Assembly (NCBI GenBank): GCA_037447605.1 | Contig: CM074804.1 | Coordinates: 7,169,909 to 7,233,908, forward strand | DNA: 64,000 nt | Direction: 5' to 3' | Source of the DNA: Zygnema circumcarinatum SAG 698-1b | Lineage: Eukaryota; Plantae; Zygnematophyceae | Shown here: in pieces, positions 1 to 11,820 of the stretch | Numbering within the stretch: position 1 is the first letter of the stretch | Layout: each line of letters begins with the position of its first letter | Position numbers and translations under genes: made by a program | The notes under the pieces: model-generated | Database searches by the model: none | Seen by the model: the letters and a program-made list of their open reading frames with translations, nothing else | What the model was told of the DNA's origin: nothing

Positions 1-57
1 AGCGACGCCATCGCCACAATGGCGCTTAAGGAGGGCCTTCTCGTGCAGCGGCAGGAG
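1..57 (+). CDS. Possible exon fragment of an unidentified gene entering from the left edge
   Basis: Open frame SDAIATMALKEGLLVQRQE ends at a GAG|GTGAAC donor-like site followed by pyrimidine-rich sequence. No family recognised. Confidence 0.25.
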
Positions 58-342
58 GTGAACCTCTCTCACTGCGCCCCTCCGTGTCCCCTCCGTCAAT
101 GGATGGCATGGGATGGAAGCACATTCCCTTCGCCTCATAGCGTGGCCTCCCTCCACGCCCTTGCCGCGTCTAATAGTCTCTCCTCTCGCCTCTCTCTTCC
201 GCCTCTCCCTGACGTGCCCCACATCAATCAACGTCTTTCGCAGCTGCTTTTCGAGCCGTGCTGTCAAAAAGCTAGAAGCAGAGTTTCACTCAATAGCTTT
301 TCAAACGTTTTTGAGACACGTTCCCTTGGTTTTTAACACGGT

Positions 343-390
343 TGCTTTTGTCTATGTACATGTGATGGCATCGCCATCGTGACATCAATG
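343..390. repeat. Dispersed repeat, copy 1 (related to 36093-36160 and 46168-46275)
   Basis: atgtacatgtgatggcatcgccatcgtgacatcaatg matches atgtacatttgatggcatcatcgccatcgtgagatcaatg at about 46236-46275. Confidence 0.6.
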
Positions 391-721
391 TCAAATCCTT
401 CACTTCAATTTTAGCTGCTAAGGATATGGGTTTTGACATGGTGTGTCTTATAAGACGCCTCTACTTGCTCCCATCCCCACCAGACCAGTTACTAGTAGGA
501 ACCGCACATGCGGAGGGCTCCCGGCTTATGTTTAAGAAAGGCTGGGGTTCCAACTCCCGAAAAAAACTGGCAAACAAATTATGACATGAACATGTGCCCT
601 TAGTCCCACGCCATACCCGGCTTCAAACCGACAGATAACAAGGCGCCAAGGTCAAAGTGAGGGGAACTTGCTCCACAATTACAATCAAAAAATTTGGACC
701 AAAACTGTAGGTTGCACACGG

Positions 722-960
722 CATAAGAATCCTAACTTCGGGTCTGCAGGAGCTGTACATAGCAAGCAGCCTATGGGGGATGGTGGAATTACGGAAAACG
801 TTGAACTAGACTAAAAACTGAAGGCTAGATCCGCTTACACGTCATGAGAAGCCTAAGTTCAGTTCTGCAGCAGCTGTACATGGTACGCAGCTTATGGGAA
901 AATGGTTGAACTACGAAAAACGTTGAACTAGACTAAAGGCTAAAGGCTCAGCTTCGCTCG
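722..960. repeat. Two-copy degenerate tandem repeat, period 121 bp
   Basis: Units start at 722 (cataagaatcctaac) and 843 (catgagaagcctaag). They share ctgcag.agctgtacat, gcagc.tatggg and aaaacgttgaactagactaaa. Confidence 0.85.
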
Positions 961-1330
961 TCTGGTCTTTGACGTTATGCGACTTTGATACCAACTACAA
1001 AATTTGGAGTCTCTACCTGCAACAGTCGTTGTGATTAAGAAAAGGGAGATGAGACTAGGAGGGATACGAACGGGAAAGAGGGAGAGGGGAAGGAAGTCAA
1101 AAGAGAGAGGAAAAGTGAAAGGAGAGGACGGGACAAGAGAGAGCAAGAAACGGGGAGAGGGGAGAGAGGACAGTGACTGGGAGAGGGGAGTGGGAAAAGG
1201 AAAAAGGAAACTGGAAGCAAGCTTGGAATCCATGATGCCTACTTTCACTCACCATTTCCCTTTCACTTGGGTTAGTTAGCCCGCTATATTGCTCCTAAGC
1301 TTAACGACGCATGGCTCCATCTGCTAGGTC

Positions 1331-4300
1331 TCACATCATGGGACAGCCCTTCTTATCCTCCACATCCTGAGTATTGCTTCGATCCTCCGGCTCTTCATAG
1401 CCCTCCCTTGCATCAGAATCCGTTTCAGGACCTCTGATTGAAACCATATCCAACATTGAATCACCATTTGAAGGAGCGACTGTCACTAGGGAATGCGACT
1501 CCTCATCTGCCCTGTTGCCGAAAAGCTTGCCAACGAGAATATCAAGTACAGACAACTGTCCTTTTGATGGAGACGCTATCTCTCCCGGGGAAGTAGGATC
1601 ACTTTGAGCAGGAGAGATGGACCCAAATGAAGATGAAGTCGGCAACTCAGATTCAAGAGGAGTTGCCTCTTCTCGAGCCTGCCTGCTTGAAACACTCACG
1701 TGAACCCTTTCAACAATGTTGCAGGGCAGATCCGCATTGCTAACGTCCTCGGAGGGAGTGGGATTAGGACTAAGAGTGCGCTCAGAATCAAGATGAGGCA
1801 TTCCTAGAGTGGCCACAGAAGGGGACGCTTCCTCATTCTGCCTTAGAACTCGACTTCCTAACGATGCTTCCAAGGACTTATGATGGGTAAAACACTCCTC
1901 CTGCTTCACATATTCGGCAGCACATTGCTGTTCAGCGACAGTAACTACCTTCTCCTCTAAAGTCTCTGAGTGCCCATGAACCACCCCCCCATTGGAGCTC
2001 TCAGGACATTCCGTTTTGACAATAGCAATGGCCACTACATCCTCCTTACATGTCTCCGTGGTCCGATTTCCAATGCTTGTATTCGGCTCACCAGTGAGAT
2101 CTGGACAGTGTGGTAGAAGCATCCACCTTTCAGGTGCAGAGATTAGACCTTTGGACTCTTCAATAGAAGGAGCAGCAGATGTAGGTGACCCCGATGTAGG
2201 TGACCCCGATGTAGGTGAACATGAGGCCGGTATCCCTTGAGATTCATGGGCAGGATAATCTGCGGATCCTAAGTCGCTTAAGCTTATCCCTTCGCCCTCT
2301 TTGGCATCGCTAGAGGACATATCCGCTGAGTGCTGAGAGAAGCCGGTAACGTCGTGAAGCGAACTAGGAGTACGTTTCAGAGAATCTTGCCCCTCTGTCT
2401 CCTCAAGATGAGACTGATTCAAAGCGAGCATGTCAATGGAAGCGTCATGATAGTGTGCAGATGCTTCATGGAATGCGCTGCTCTTCTGATGCTCAAAAGC
2501 ATTCTCATGCTTATCGGGTTCGACAGCTCGTTGAACCTCTGTCATGCTGCTTATCTCCTCTTCTGAATTCTCTGACTCCAAGGGAACCACTCTTTCACTG
2601 TATCCCTCAGAAGAGGAGCCGGTTGAAAACACTGTCGAAGCAAATTGCTCCTGCTCGCCCTCCATTCTTAGGCTCTCAATGTAGGTCCTTGGTTCAGCGC
2701 AGAAGTCCTGCAAGCCGAGCGGCAGAAGGATAGTCGGCTCTCCATTCAACCCTTCCTGAAGCTTAGCAATGCCCATATCTTCGACCAATGATCTCAAGTT
2801 TTGAAAACCGAGTTTTTCGTGTTGCAAGGGATACTCATAACGCATCTCGAACTCTCGCTTCAACTGAGCAAGGTCGACTCCCTCGGGCTGCTCTTCCAGT
2901 ACAGACTTAATGCATTCTTCCACATCAAACAACAGTGGAGAAGAGGCGCAAACCATGCTTTCCCCCTGACAAGGGTAGTCCTCAGCTATATCGGGCATTT
3001 TACGAAAAACATCCTCTAACGTATTGCAACCAAGCACCTCTTTGTCCAGGACCAGTCCCGTCTCTTGTTCAAACAATACATCCAATAAGCTGGGATGAAT
3101 TCCTATTTCCCTGCACCTCCACAGCTTTAGAGCAAGCCACTTCCTTAGGTCCAAGAGTGTTGCACATTTCTTCACAGAGCCGGTGTCGCTAGAAGTTGAT
3201 GCTGCAGAAGTTAGTGTAGAAGAAGACGAAACAGCATCAGTTTCAGGAGACGACAGAAAGACATCTACACTTTCTGTATTATTGGAAACAATGCGATCTT
3301 TATTGGGTGCTTCTTCTACCAGCGGGAATTCCCTCCAGTTTCCTGTTGGGAGAAGCTTCCTGTGGACACGAGGAAATCCGGTCTCCTTGGAGGTCGCGTT
3401 TTTAGACTGTCTCCTCCTCCCCCAAAACTCAGTAGGCAGGAACGCCGATGATGGAAAAAGCAACTCTCCCTTTGGAGTATGTCGAATATGGACCAGGTCT
3501 GACAAGCTCGTCATAAGACGAATCAGCGATTCATAACCTAGCGATTGAACGTCCAGCTCATAACCGTATTTAGTAGAGAAAGATGGCTTGATTCGACACA
3601 GTTGATAGCCTTCAGGGTTGTCATGCAGAAGTTCCCCCAAAAGATGCTTCAAATCTAGCATTTGTTGTCCAGATGAAACTGTCCGAGAAGCCCTATCATT
3701 TATTCTTTCTGAAGTCCTTACCTCCTGTTTCCAATCATTTTGACGATTGAAAAGTCTAGATGTAGGTAATGGCATGTGTCCATGTGCCGCACGGGCTGTT
3801 CTCGGCGGTACGTATTTGGCATAAGCACCCTTTATAGTGGGGGACAGGGAACGTCCATTCGGTTCAATACCAGAGGCTCTCTCTAAAAATTGATTCTCAG
3901 GTAAGCATATCTTCAAAGGCGTCCAAAGTTTAGTGCTATGTGGTATCAGCCACCTTCTTGTGATTGCAAGTTGGAGCATGTGAATTAGCTCTCCTAGTGC
4001 AAGTTCCCTCAGCTCAATGGGACCATTTTTTTCCAGATACTCAGCTGCAGCATACCTGTCCCAATCAAGCCAGCGTACATCTTATTATTGGAGCAAGGAG
4101 GGGCCCAATATGAGAGAGACCGTTCAATATGCAAAGATAGAGATCTCAACCAACGTGTTATCTCCTTCAGCTAAAAGGTGAATGATGTTTAACTAAAGAT
4201 TGCTTCAAAAATCCTCCCTTTAGGTTTAAGAGGATTTGAACATCTTGAACACATACCTTGAGCGTGTCTCCTCAATACATGATCTATGCGACTTCAGAAA

Positions 4301-5791
4301 GCTCACGAATGCCGACCACACCTCGGGAGGATACACATCTTTTGGACAATGGACATCCACGCACGGCCAGCAATTCGGCCAAACTTTAGGCAGGATGACA
4401 GAGAGTCCCCCTTCAATCTGTTTCTTCTGGAACTCGCCTGAATTCAATGCAAGTTGAAGGACATCAATAAGACCTGCAGGATTAAGAGAATTAGCCGCCG
4501 CATGGCTTTTTATACGGTACATCACATTAGACATCGTCGGAGCAAGTTTGTCCCTTTCCAGAGATTTAAACACCTCGAGAAAGAATGTGTGTTGACCTCG
4601 TCGAAGATGTGAGGGCTCATTCTTCCATCCAGCATCATTACGAGCTCTGAAAGATTCAGACGTTGCTGGGCTGAAAACTTCGCCCGGCGGAATCCACTTG
4701 GTTGATTGTGGAGGGACGTTTTTTGCAAGTATATCCCATTGGAACAATTTTGTTGCAGCTGCCAAAAGGGCCGTGGGTATGAACGCGTTAGCGGACGAGA
4801 CTAGGAATATTTCATAACCTCTGCGTTTCATACATCGAACTGCTTTCGAAATATGGGTGTTGTAGCTGTTGCTTATGACAGCTATTGGCGAAGGGGGGCT
4901 GTTATTCAGAATCCATTCCACTAGACCAGCCAATATAGCCTCGCTTGCCTTGCTGCCTCCTGCAGCCACGCACTGCCCCAACACAACATGAAGCATTTCG
5001 CAATGATCCGCATAGCTTCTCATCACATACTATAAGCTCCATGCTATGAAAAATCAACGATAACGTTTCAACGATAAACAATGACAAATATCATCTGTTG
5101 CTGTCTGCCAGCCGCGGTTAGCAAAGAACAAGCGAGTAAAGTGCCAGACTGATACGTGACGCTCCTGTGAGCTCAATAATGATGTCAATTAGAGAGGGCA
5201 GGCTTGGAACAGTAAACCTTCTGCCCAAAACCAACAAGAGTTAATAATACTAATACTTGCCCCAAATGATAAACTCATCAATGCCTGTAAGTCACTACCT
5301 ATCATACTTGATTTTGCCAACCCTTAAATATTTCGTGTTTCAAGGCAACGTGAAGATCGTATAAATTACGTAGCAAGGAACCATAGCTTCCAAGTAGAAC
5401 TTTCTAAACACTTCTGGCTGTTATAGCAATGCAAGAAAACGTGCAAACAAACACATCATTCGAAAATAACAGCAAGTGCCAATCCAGAGGCCGTAGTATG
5501 CAATTCCACAGTGCTCCTCTTTTGCCTATAAAAGGTTAATTTCTTACCACAAGGCAGTTCCGTGACAGAAATGCCTACAGCTTTTAGCTCGTTTATCATA
5601 GGCAGTTGCAGTTGCCCATAGCTTTTAAACGCTGCGATTGTCACCCGCCCGATATTTCCTTGCCTCGAAATTGTGCTCGTGATGGCATCAGCAATTCGGT
5701 TGGCCGGCACTTCCGGGGGAATGGGACAGTCGTCCAAGTCCCACCACACGGAGACATTCGCAGAGCTCGGACGAGCAACGTTGAAAGCCAT
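1331..5791 (-). CDS. NYN-domain / OST-HTH-associated / triple LOTUS (OST-HTH) protein, MARF1/MNU-like, about 1223 aa
   Basis: Exons 5791-5548, 4959-4257 and 4055-1331 have GT-AG boundaries and total 3672 nt in frame. NYN start VWWDLDDCPIP; OHA-like WPCVD..YPPEVWSAFVSFL..RSRYAAAEYL; three LOTUS-like helices (LDLKHLLGELLHDNPEG, LLDLRKWLALKL, DVEECIKSVLEEQPEG); long Ser/acidic disordered tail. Confidence 0.85.
2178..2218 (-). repeat. In-frame 15-bp coding tandem repeat (SPTSG-SPTSG-SPTSA)
   Basis: gatgtaggtgacccc repeated about 2.7 times. Confidence 0.85.
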
Positions 5792-7468
5792 CGCATCTCC
5801 TCTCTTCCCTTCCGACCCTCTTACCCGTCCAACCTTAGAGCAGCTCAGCAAAACGATTGCGAATTTCACAGCTCTTACAGGAAACCCTGAACTTGACAGC
5901 AGCAGAACGCGTCCATACTTCTTGGAGCTGGACGAGACATTGCCCTCGAGCTCCAAGGTAGAGGCTTTACAGCAGACCGCTCTGCAGTGCGCAGCATCCT
6001 GTACGGCGTCACGGCCAAGCTGCAGGCGCTGGCTGGCATGCACGTGCTTCTGCCTGATTAAGCAGTTACTGGAGCCCAAGAGCTGACTGCGCTCTATGCG
6101 CCGCCTGCCATGGCCTCGCTGTTCCCTTCACGCAGACGAGAGGCGGTGCCTGCCGCGGTCAGCCGTTAAGAGTGCAGCACTCACTGCGAGCGCTACTTCT
6201 TGAACAAAATCACCAAAGGGAACCACGAGGAACTGGTGGAACCTCATCTTGAACATTCTAGACCTCGTCTCGCTCTCTGTGAAATGTGAAGCATAGATTC
6301 GATCTCAAAGATGATGGCGAGATCACAGCCGGGGGCAGGGCAGTGGGCTGAAGGGCCAGTTCGATTTAGTGCGGTGGGAAGTGAAGGGGGCGAGCAGGAG
6401 AGCGGCATGAACGCGTTCGATGACTCGACTTCTGCAATGTCAAGTGGATTAGCAGATGGCTACACACCGCCAGGAGCTGCGACGGCTCGGTAATTCATGG
6501 GAAAGGGCTGCAATTGCGAAGAGTTTTTTCAAATGGGTTTATTTGCTTTGCTGCATGCACAGATTCGACACACTCGTTCTCTCGCTCTCTCCCTCTCTCT
6601 CACGTCCTTCCATTTCAGGAGTAAGCAGCTGGCATTACAGTGCATCTTGCCGCATCTCTCCACTCCCCTGAAAATCCTAAAAACCCAGCAGTATAACGAG
6701 CCCCCGGCCGTTCACTAAAGCTTTTGCAGTGAATGAATAGAGGCCATTAACGAGTAGTGCCATCATCAACTGCATAGGATACCTCTCATCCCCAATTCGT
6801 GGTGTCTCTTCCTCCATCAAAGAACCCGCGAATGGTACGGCAACTGCACATACTAACCAACACATGAGGCAACGGCACCAGACCCAAGGGTATGAATAAC
6901 GTCTGTGAAGGTGGTCTGAGATTTACATCACGAGAGCAGAGCCTTTTCAAAGGACCTCTCCTTAATCCATCCGGATTGTGCTACTGATACCGCTTCCCCA
7001 CAGACAGAGTCCCCCAAAACTTTGCGAATGCATCACTCTGGTCAGCAGCTGCATACGAGCCATGCCTGCTACATGCATAGAAAAATGTAACTCGTAAAAC
7101 CTCTTATTCAGAACCAATTAATAATCTAAACGGGCCCGCGAGTCTGCCACGGGTTGATTAGAGCTCCGCTGCAACTCAAAGAGGGCCTGCGGAATTTGTG
7201 CACCGTCAGCGACTACCTCTTCGAGTGCAAAGAATGGGAAAACGACGCAACATCAACCTAAGGGCGATGTTGGATACTTCAATGGCTAAACTTAGGGCAG
7301 AAGGTTCCGCTTCTGGATGCTCTCTCCGAAAATCATCGAATCCAAAAATTTGCTCTCGTCCAGGCTGCTTTGTTGTTATTAGCTCATGCGCCGTATAGCG
7401 AGCCTCCCCAAAATCAGTTGCTGAAAACTCGCCATGTTCTTGGTGCTGTTCGAAGGATGATATGTATT

Positions 7469-9228
7469 CTACGCAACCTTTTGCACAACCTCTTCCGCCA
7501 CCCTGTCCTCCACATTCAGTGCTGCAAGCAGACGTGGCCACGTTTCTGGGATACCCCCCGTGATTTCAAAGTCGAGGAGCCTGTTGCACGAACGATAGTA
7601 GTCTTCAACTGGCTTACTCTGCAGGTAGATAATAAATCCGACATAGTGCTTGTCAGCAACAACGCACTATAATCCAACAAAAGGGTAATCGGCACAAGCA
7701 GGTCATAAGTCTGCACATGTAACAATATGGAGAGCAAAAGGACACCTTCTAAAAAACCTTCTCAAAGTTCCGGATATCAACCTCCAATCAAGAAGCTGTT
7801 CCCAAACATACCCTACTGCAAGATTGTCCAGGGGCAACAAGTGATCCAGAAAAGCCACCAATGAGTTGAGCTGGAAGTCCAAAAACCATTTTGACCATAA
7901 ACCATGGCTGCGCACGCTTTACCTATGCCAGTGGGTGAAGATGCTTCACCCAGCACTTTAAAACCCAGCATAAAATCAGAAGCCAGAACCCCCACACCAC
8001 AAAAGAGGAGAAAGAGTTTTGAAGTTTACCTCTCTGGCGTAAACCTCAAGACGATTCCTAACCACTTCCTCATTGTCATCTGCTCTCCTTGTCATCTTGC
8101 TAAGGCACTCGCCAGGAGGAGAAAGTGGGGGCATAACGATTTCAGGAACACCATTCTTAGCAGGAATGTAAATGTTTGCCAAGTTGAAGTTCCCACCACA
8201 GTCGCTGCAAATACGTCTTCCCACACACTTGCTAATGAGCACGTCTTCTCTTAACCGCAAGTTAAGAACCAGATCAAGGTGGGCCATCTCATCCAGCACA
8301 GCCTGCAGGGAACGCAATTCCACTACATGTCTGAGCCGAACTGCCATCCACGGACATCTTGAATCAACAGCGCAAACAAACAGATGATGATCCAAGTTCT
8401 ATTGGGATACCCTTCTTCTACACAATGGTTTCTAAATTTCCACAAATGCAGACGCGAGAAGACAGTCTGCGCTCGATCCTCAGCATATTTGTTATGTATG
8501 AAAAAAAAGGAACGCCCTAAAGCACTCCTTACAGCTTGCTTGGTAGTCCGCGGGAAGCCATCGAGAATAAAGCCGCCTTCGCCGACCTCCATGCTATGTT
8601 CCAACCGGCGACTGAAAAGCTCAAAAATGATCTCGTCGTGGACAAGGTGGCCCTTCCGCATTATGTCCTCCAGCTGTTGATCCAAAAAGCGCACCAACAA
8701 GGTCAGATTTAGGGCACCACAAAAGCCCAGAAGGAGGAAGTAAAAATTCGATCATACGTAATACACGTTCGCAGAAAAAACTAAGACAGATGTCAAATAG
8801 ATGCCCTCCTCCAACCCTAATCCAACAAGGTCTTGAAAACTCACCCTCACTGACAAGGCGGTGTCCCTCTTAACCTCTGCCCTCACCAAGTCGCCCATAG
8901 AAATATGCGCTATGCCAAGAAGCTTGGCCAGCCTGCTTGCATAAGTACCCTTCCCCACGCCCGGACACCCCAAAAACACCCAATGCTTCCTGCTGCTGAT
9001 CTCATTGTTAACCTCGTCTACCCTGAAGGCCCCCCTTGCCGCACTAAGAGCCGACCACGCCTCCCTCTCCAGCAGCCCAGCCTCTGCCACGTCCTCCGCC
9101 GCCGCTACTGCTGATCCTCGTCGAACCGATCCTAGCACAGCCGGCACCGTTGACCACCCTCCGGATTGCGGGTAAGGACAAGCACTTCTCCCGAGCCCTC
9201 GTATACTGCTCCTCAGAAGAGCCGCCAT
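7469..9228 (-). CDS. ADK: Adenylate kinase (organellar type with N-terminal transit-like extension), 315 aa
   Basis: Exons 9228-8845, 8673-8533, 8302-8030 and 7618-7469 total 948 nt. P-loop [32 protein letters not shown] start RRICSDC, RADD, C-terminal [11 protein letters not shown]. Confidence 0.95.
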
Positions 9229-9332
9229 GGTTCTTCCCTCTCAGCCAGCCTACAATGTAGTCCGTATATTTCCCCCACCCGCCTCTCTTTCTCTCTCCCG
9301 CTCTCTCCTTCCCTCCCTCCCACTCCCAGAGA

Positions 9333-9341
9333 AAACCCTAA
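9333..9341 (+). promoter_or_regulatory. Telo-box (AAACCCTAA) upstream of ADK
   Basis: Exact match to the plant telo-box about 100 bp upstream of the ADK ATG. A short motif, so function is unproven. Confidence 0.4.
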
Positions 9342-9359
9342 TTTTTCCCCCTATTATTA

Positions 9360-9620
9360 GCCCCCGGATCAGCGGGCCGCCCGGCCCGGGCGGAGCTCCA
9401 AGCGTTGGTCCCCGCCGCGGAGGAGCGCCGCAATCGCGGCCAATCCGGGTCGAGATGGCTGCCACGTGGCGGCCTGTGACGCGCCGAACGCCATTCGGCC
9501 CACCACGTGGCCCCGTGACGCTGCTTCCGTCCCGCCCTCGCCGGCCCTCCGCTTCATGGGGGCGAGATCCACCTTGGGAGGGTCCACCGTGAGATCCAAA
9601 CCTGTGGAGCGAGAGTTCAA
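9360..9620. promoter_or_regulatory. GC/CpG-rich island with G-boxes upstream of ADK
   Basis: GCCACGTGGC at 9461-9470 and CCACGTGG at 9503-9510 within very GC-rich sequence. Confidence 0.5.
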
Positions 9621-10031
9621 CTCTGTGGAGGTGTAGGTCGCCGAGTCCACCACCATTTACCGTATGACGTGGTATTGGCGCCACAGCGTAACGGGTAACG
9701 GTCATGGTCTCATGCACTCATGGTTTGGCCGCTGTACGGTACGGAGAGGCCTACTGTACTGTACAGCAAGCGCCCCTAATATTTTCCACCCGAGGACTGT
9801 CGTTACCCAAGAAATTCACCCTGATTTGGAGGAAACCACTTTTCTCCGCACTTAGTCAGTAATGTATTAGGGAATTTAGGGGGAGTCAGACCTTGAACAT
9901 CGCCAAATCAATTTCGTAAGCCTGTCGGGCGAATTAAGCATTGGCTAGGTACGCATTTTGGTACGGCTGGGCTCGGCGGAGCCGCGGATCCCGACCCGGA
10001 ATTCGTACACGAAAGAAGTGACTTTTAGTAT

Positions 10032-10291
10032 GGCGAATGCTACTGCACTCCCCTATTTTGATTATTCTACCCCCCTTTTTGAAATTTTTGCCTGCCCATT
10101 TTGGTTATCCCAAACACCCCCCCCCCCGTTTTCAAAATTTCACCGCCCCCCCACCTCAAAATNNNNNNNNNNAAAAAAAAAAAAAAAAAAAAAAAAATCC
10201 AAAACGAGGGGTGGGATAACCAAAATGGGCCGGGAAATTTTTCATAGGGGGGGTGGAATAACCAAAATAGGGGGGTGCAGTAGCATTCTCC
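10032..10291. mobile_element. Inner foldback/Mutator-like MITE with about 85-bp TIRs and 8-bp TSD
   Basis: Arms GG(C/A)GAATGCTACTGCAC..TATTTTG.TTATT..CCATTTTGGTTATCCCA in inverted orientation. Exact direct repeat TTTAGTAT at 10024-10031 and 10292-10299. Confidence 0.85.
10163..10172. other. Assembly gap (10 N) followed by A25, at the centre of the inner element
   Basis: N run visible in the sequence; true length unknown. Confidence 0.95.
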
Positions 10292-10804
10292 TTTAGTATA
10301 AGGAATTCGGGAATTTCGTAAGCGATGGTCAAGGTCTGACTCCCCCTATTAGGTGTATTAACCTAGCCTGAGCTATTTTTCAATACAAAATCTGTTAATC
10401 GAAACGGATTTCGAACATGGGTCACGCTATTCTGATGTACGGTAAGTACGGATAGAATCTCTAAGTCGTACGGTATATGGACGGCACCAATAGGAGCTCG
10501 CGGCAGGGCCCGCCGGGCGGCCATGCGCCTCCGTACAGAGAGAAACAGTACGGCCGCAGGTCGGTCTCGAGAAACCACGAACTCCCGCCTAATATTATGT
10601 TAACACGGACCTCCTACTTTCCAATTTCACGTTTTTCGTCCAATCTCGGTCGAAACCATGGCGAAAATATTAGGGGGGGGTACTGTATCTGAAGTTGCCG
10701 TTGTTGAACTGCACGGTCAGTGGGCCACCCTGCTCTGGACATCCGGCCGTTACGGTGGGCGGAGCAGTCAAGAATGCCGGGCGCGTGCTTGCCCTACAAC
10801 TCAG

Positions 10805-10948
10805 TTGTTTAAAGGCATATTGTTTAGAGACGCTTTTGTTTTGTTTAGAGACACATTATTTACACTTATTTAAAGACATCTTGTTTGAAGGTATTGTTTA
10901 GTGACACCTTTTTTAAAGACATTGTCTAAAGACACTGTTTAAAGAAAC
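10805..10948. repeat. Degenerate AT-rich minisatellite (core TGTTTA(A/G)AGACA)
   Basis: About 8 imperfect copies, including gtttaaaggca, gtttagagacg, gtttagagaca, atttaaagaca, gtttagtgaca, gtctaaagaca and gtttaaagaaa. Confidence 0.65.
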
Positions 10949-11820
10949 TTTCACTGTAACCAATAATGCAATGTGCCGGATAACCTTTCGAACGTTCGTA
11001 AAGTTTGCGAATACGGTGACGTGTAGCAAATTTTGCGTTTCGAACTATGATGTCCGAGACAAATTATGACTTGTACATTCCGCTAAGGAGACAAACTACA
11101 CCTTTCTCACGGAGCAGGCGTGATACCAGACTCTATTTCCTTCTACATCGGTGAAGCCCGCTATTCATCAAAGCAAGTTAGCAAGATCAGACATCACATT
11201 CCTTAGAAAAAGCGAATAAGTCCATATGGGAACTGTCATATACGCCTCGTGACTTCCACTTCAGCAAGTGGGTTTATCTATAAAGCTCAGAAGCACCAAC
11301 ACACACACGCGAGACATTATCTTAAACATGGCGTAAGAATGTAAAATAGTCTTCCTCAAAAACAAAAAATTCCATTCCGCGACTAGGACAGGTCACTCCG
11401 ATAAAGTAAAGCGAAGACAAGCAATATCCACTTCCTGCCCAACCCTACATTTCCACAAGGCCAAACTACAAAAACTTCCGCAAATGGCAACAGTGTCATT
11501 AACGGAAAATCATTAAAATCCGTGCAGAAACCCACAAAGCTGCTTATCAGATTGGCAGAATGCTATCTGGCCAAGTACTTGCTATTTCCAGATATGAAAG
11601 TGATTGAGTTTACGGCACCACTTCAACACAGGTGAGCAACATACTTACAACCTAAGACATACATTAACTGGTTCCTTCCACCTTCCACCTCACAGCAATG
11701 CGGCCCCCCGACAGCAAGTCACTAACTAAGAAGGTTGATGCCACCTTCTTTTTGTGGTGACGATATTGAATCCCATCTTCAAAAATATCTACAAGGGATT
11801 ACAGCTCACCACACAAGATT

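Larger units (their letters stand above)
9879..10346. mobile_element. Middle MITE with 25-bp TIRs, TA TSD
   Basis: GGGGGAGTCAGACCTTGAACATCGC (9879-9903) versus reverse complement of 10322-10346, GGGGGAGTCAGACCTTGACCATCGC (1 mismatch). TA at 9877-78 and 10347-48. Confidence 0.85.
9764..10685. mobile_element. Outer MITE, Tc1/mariner(pogo)-like, TA TSD
   Basis: 23-bp TIRs: CAGCAAGCGCCCCTAATATTTTC (9764-9786) and the reverse complement of 10663-10685, CAGTACCCCCCCCTAATATTTTC. TA flanks both ends (9762-63, 10686-87). Confidence 0.65.

Noticed and set aside
5792-6127. N-terminal extension of the NYN gene (open frame upstream of ATG 5791)
   Set aside because: No in-frame ATG; the nearby ATG at 6111 gives only MAGGA* in another frame. 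The sequence just before 5791 looks like the GA-rich leaders. A spliced upstream exon cannot be excluded.
10173-10197. Poly(A) run as a retrotransposon tail
   Set aside because: It abuts an N gap at the centre of a foldback element, has no TSD of its own, and may be a sequencing artefact.
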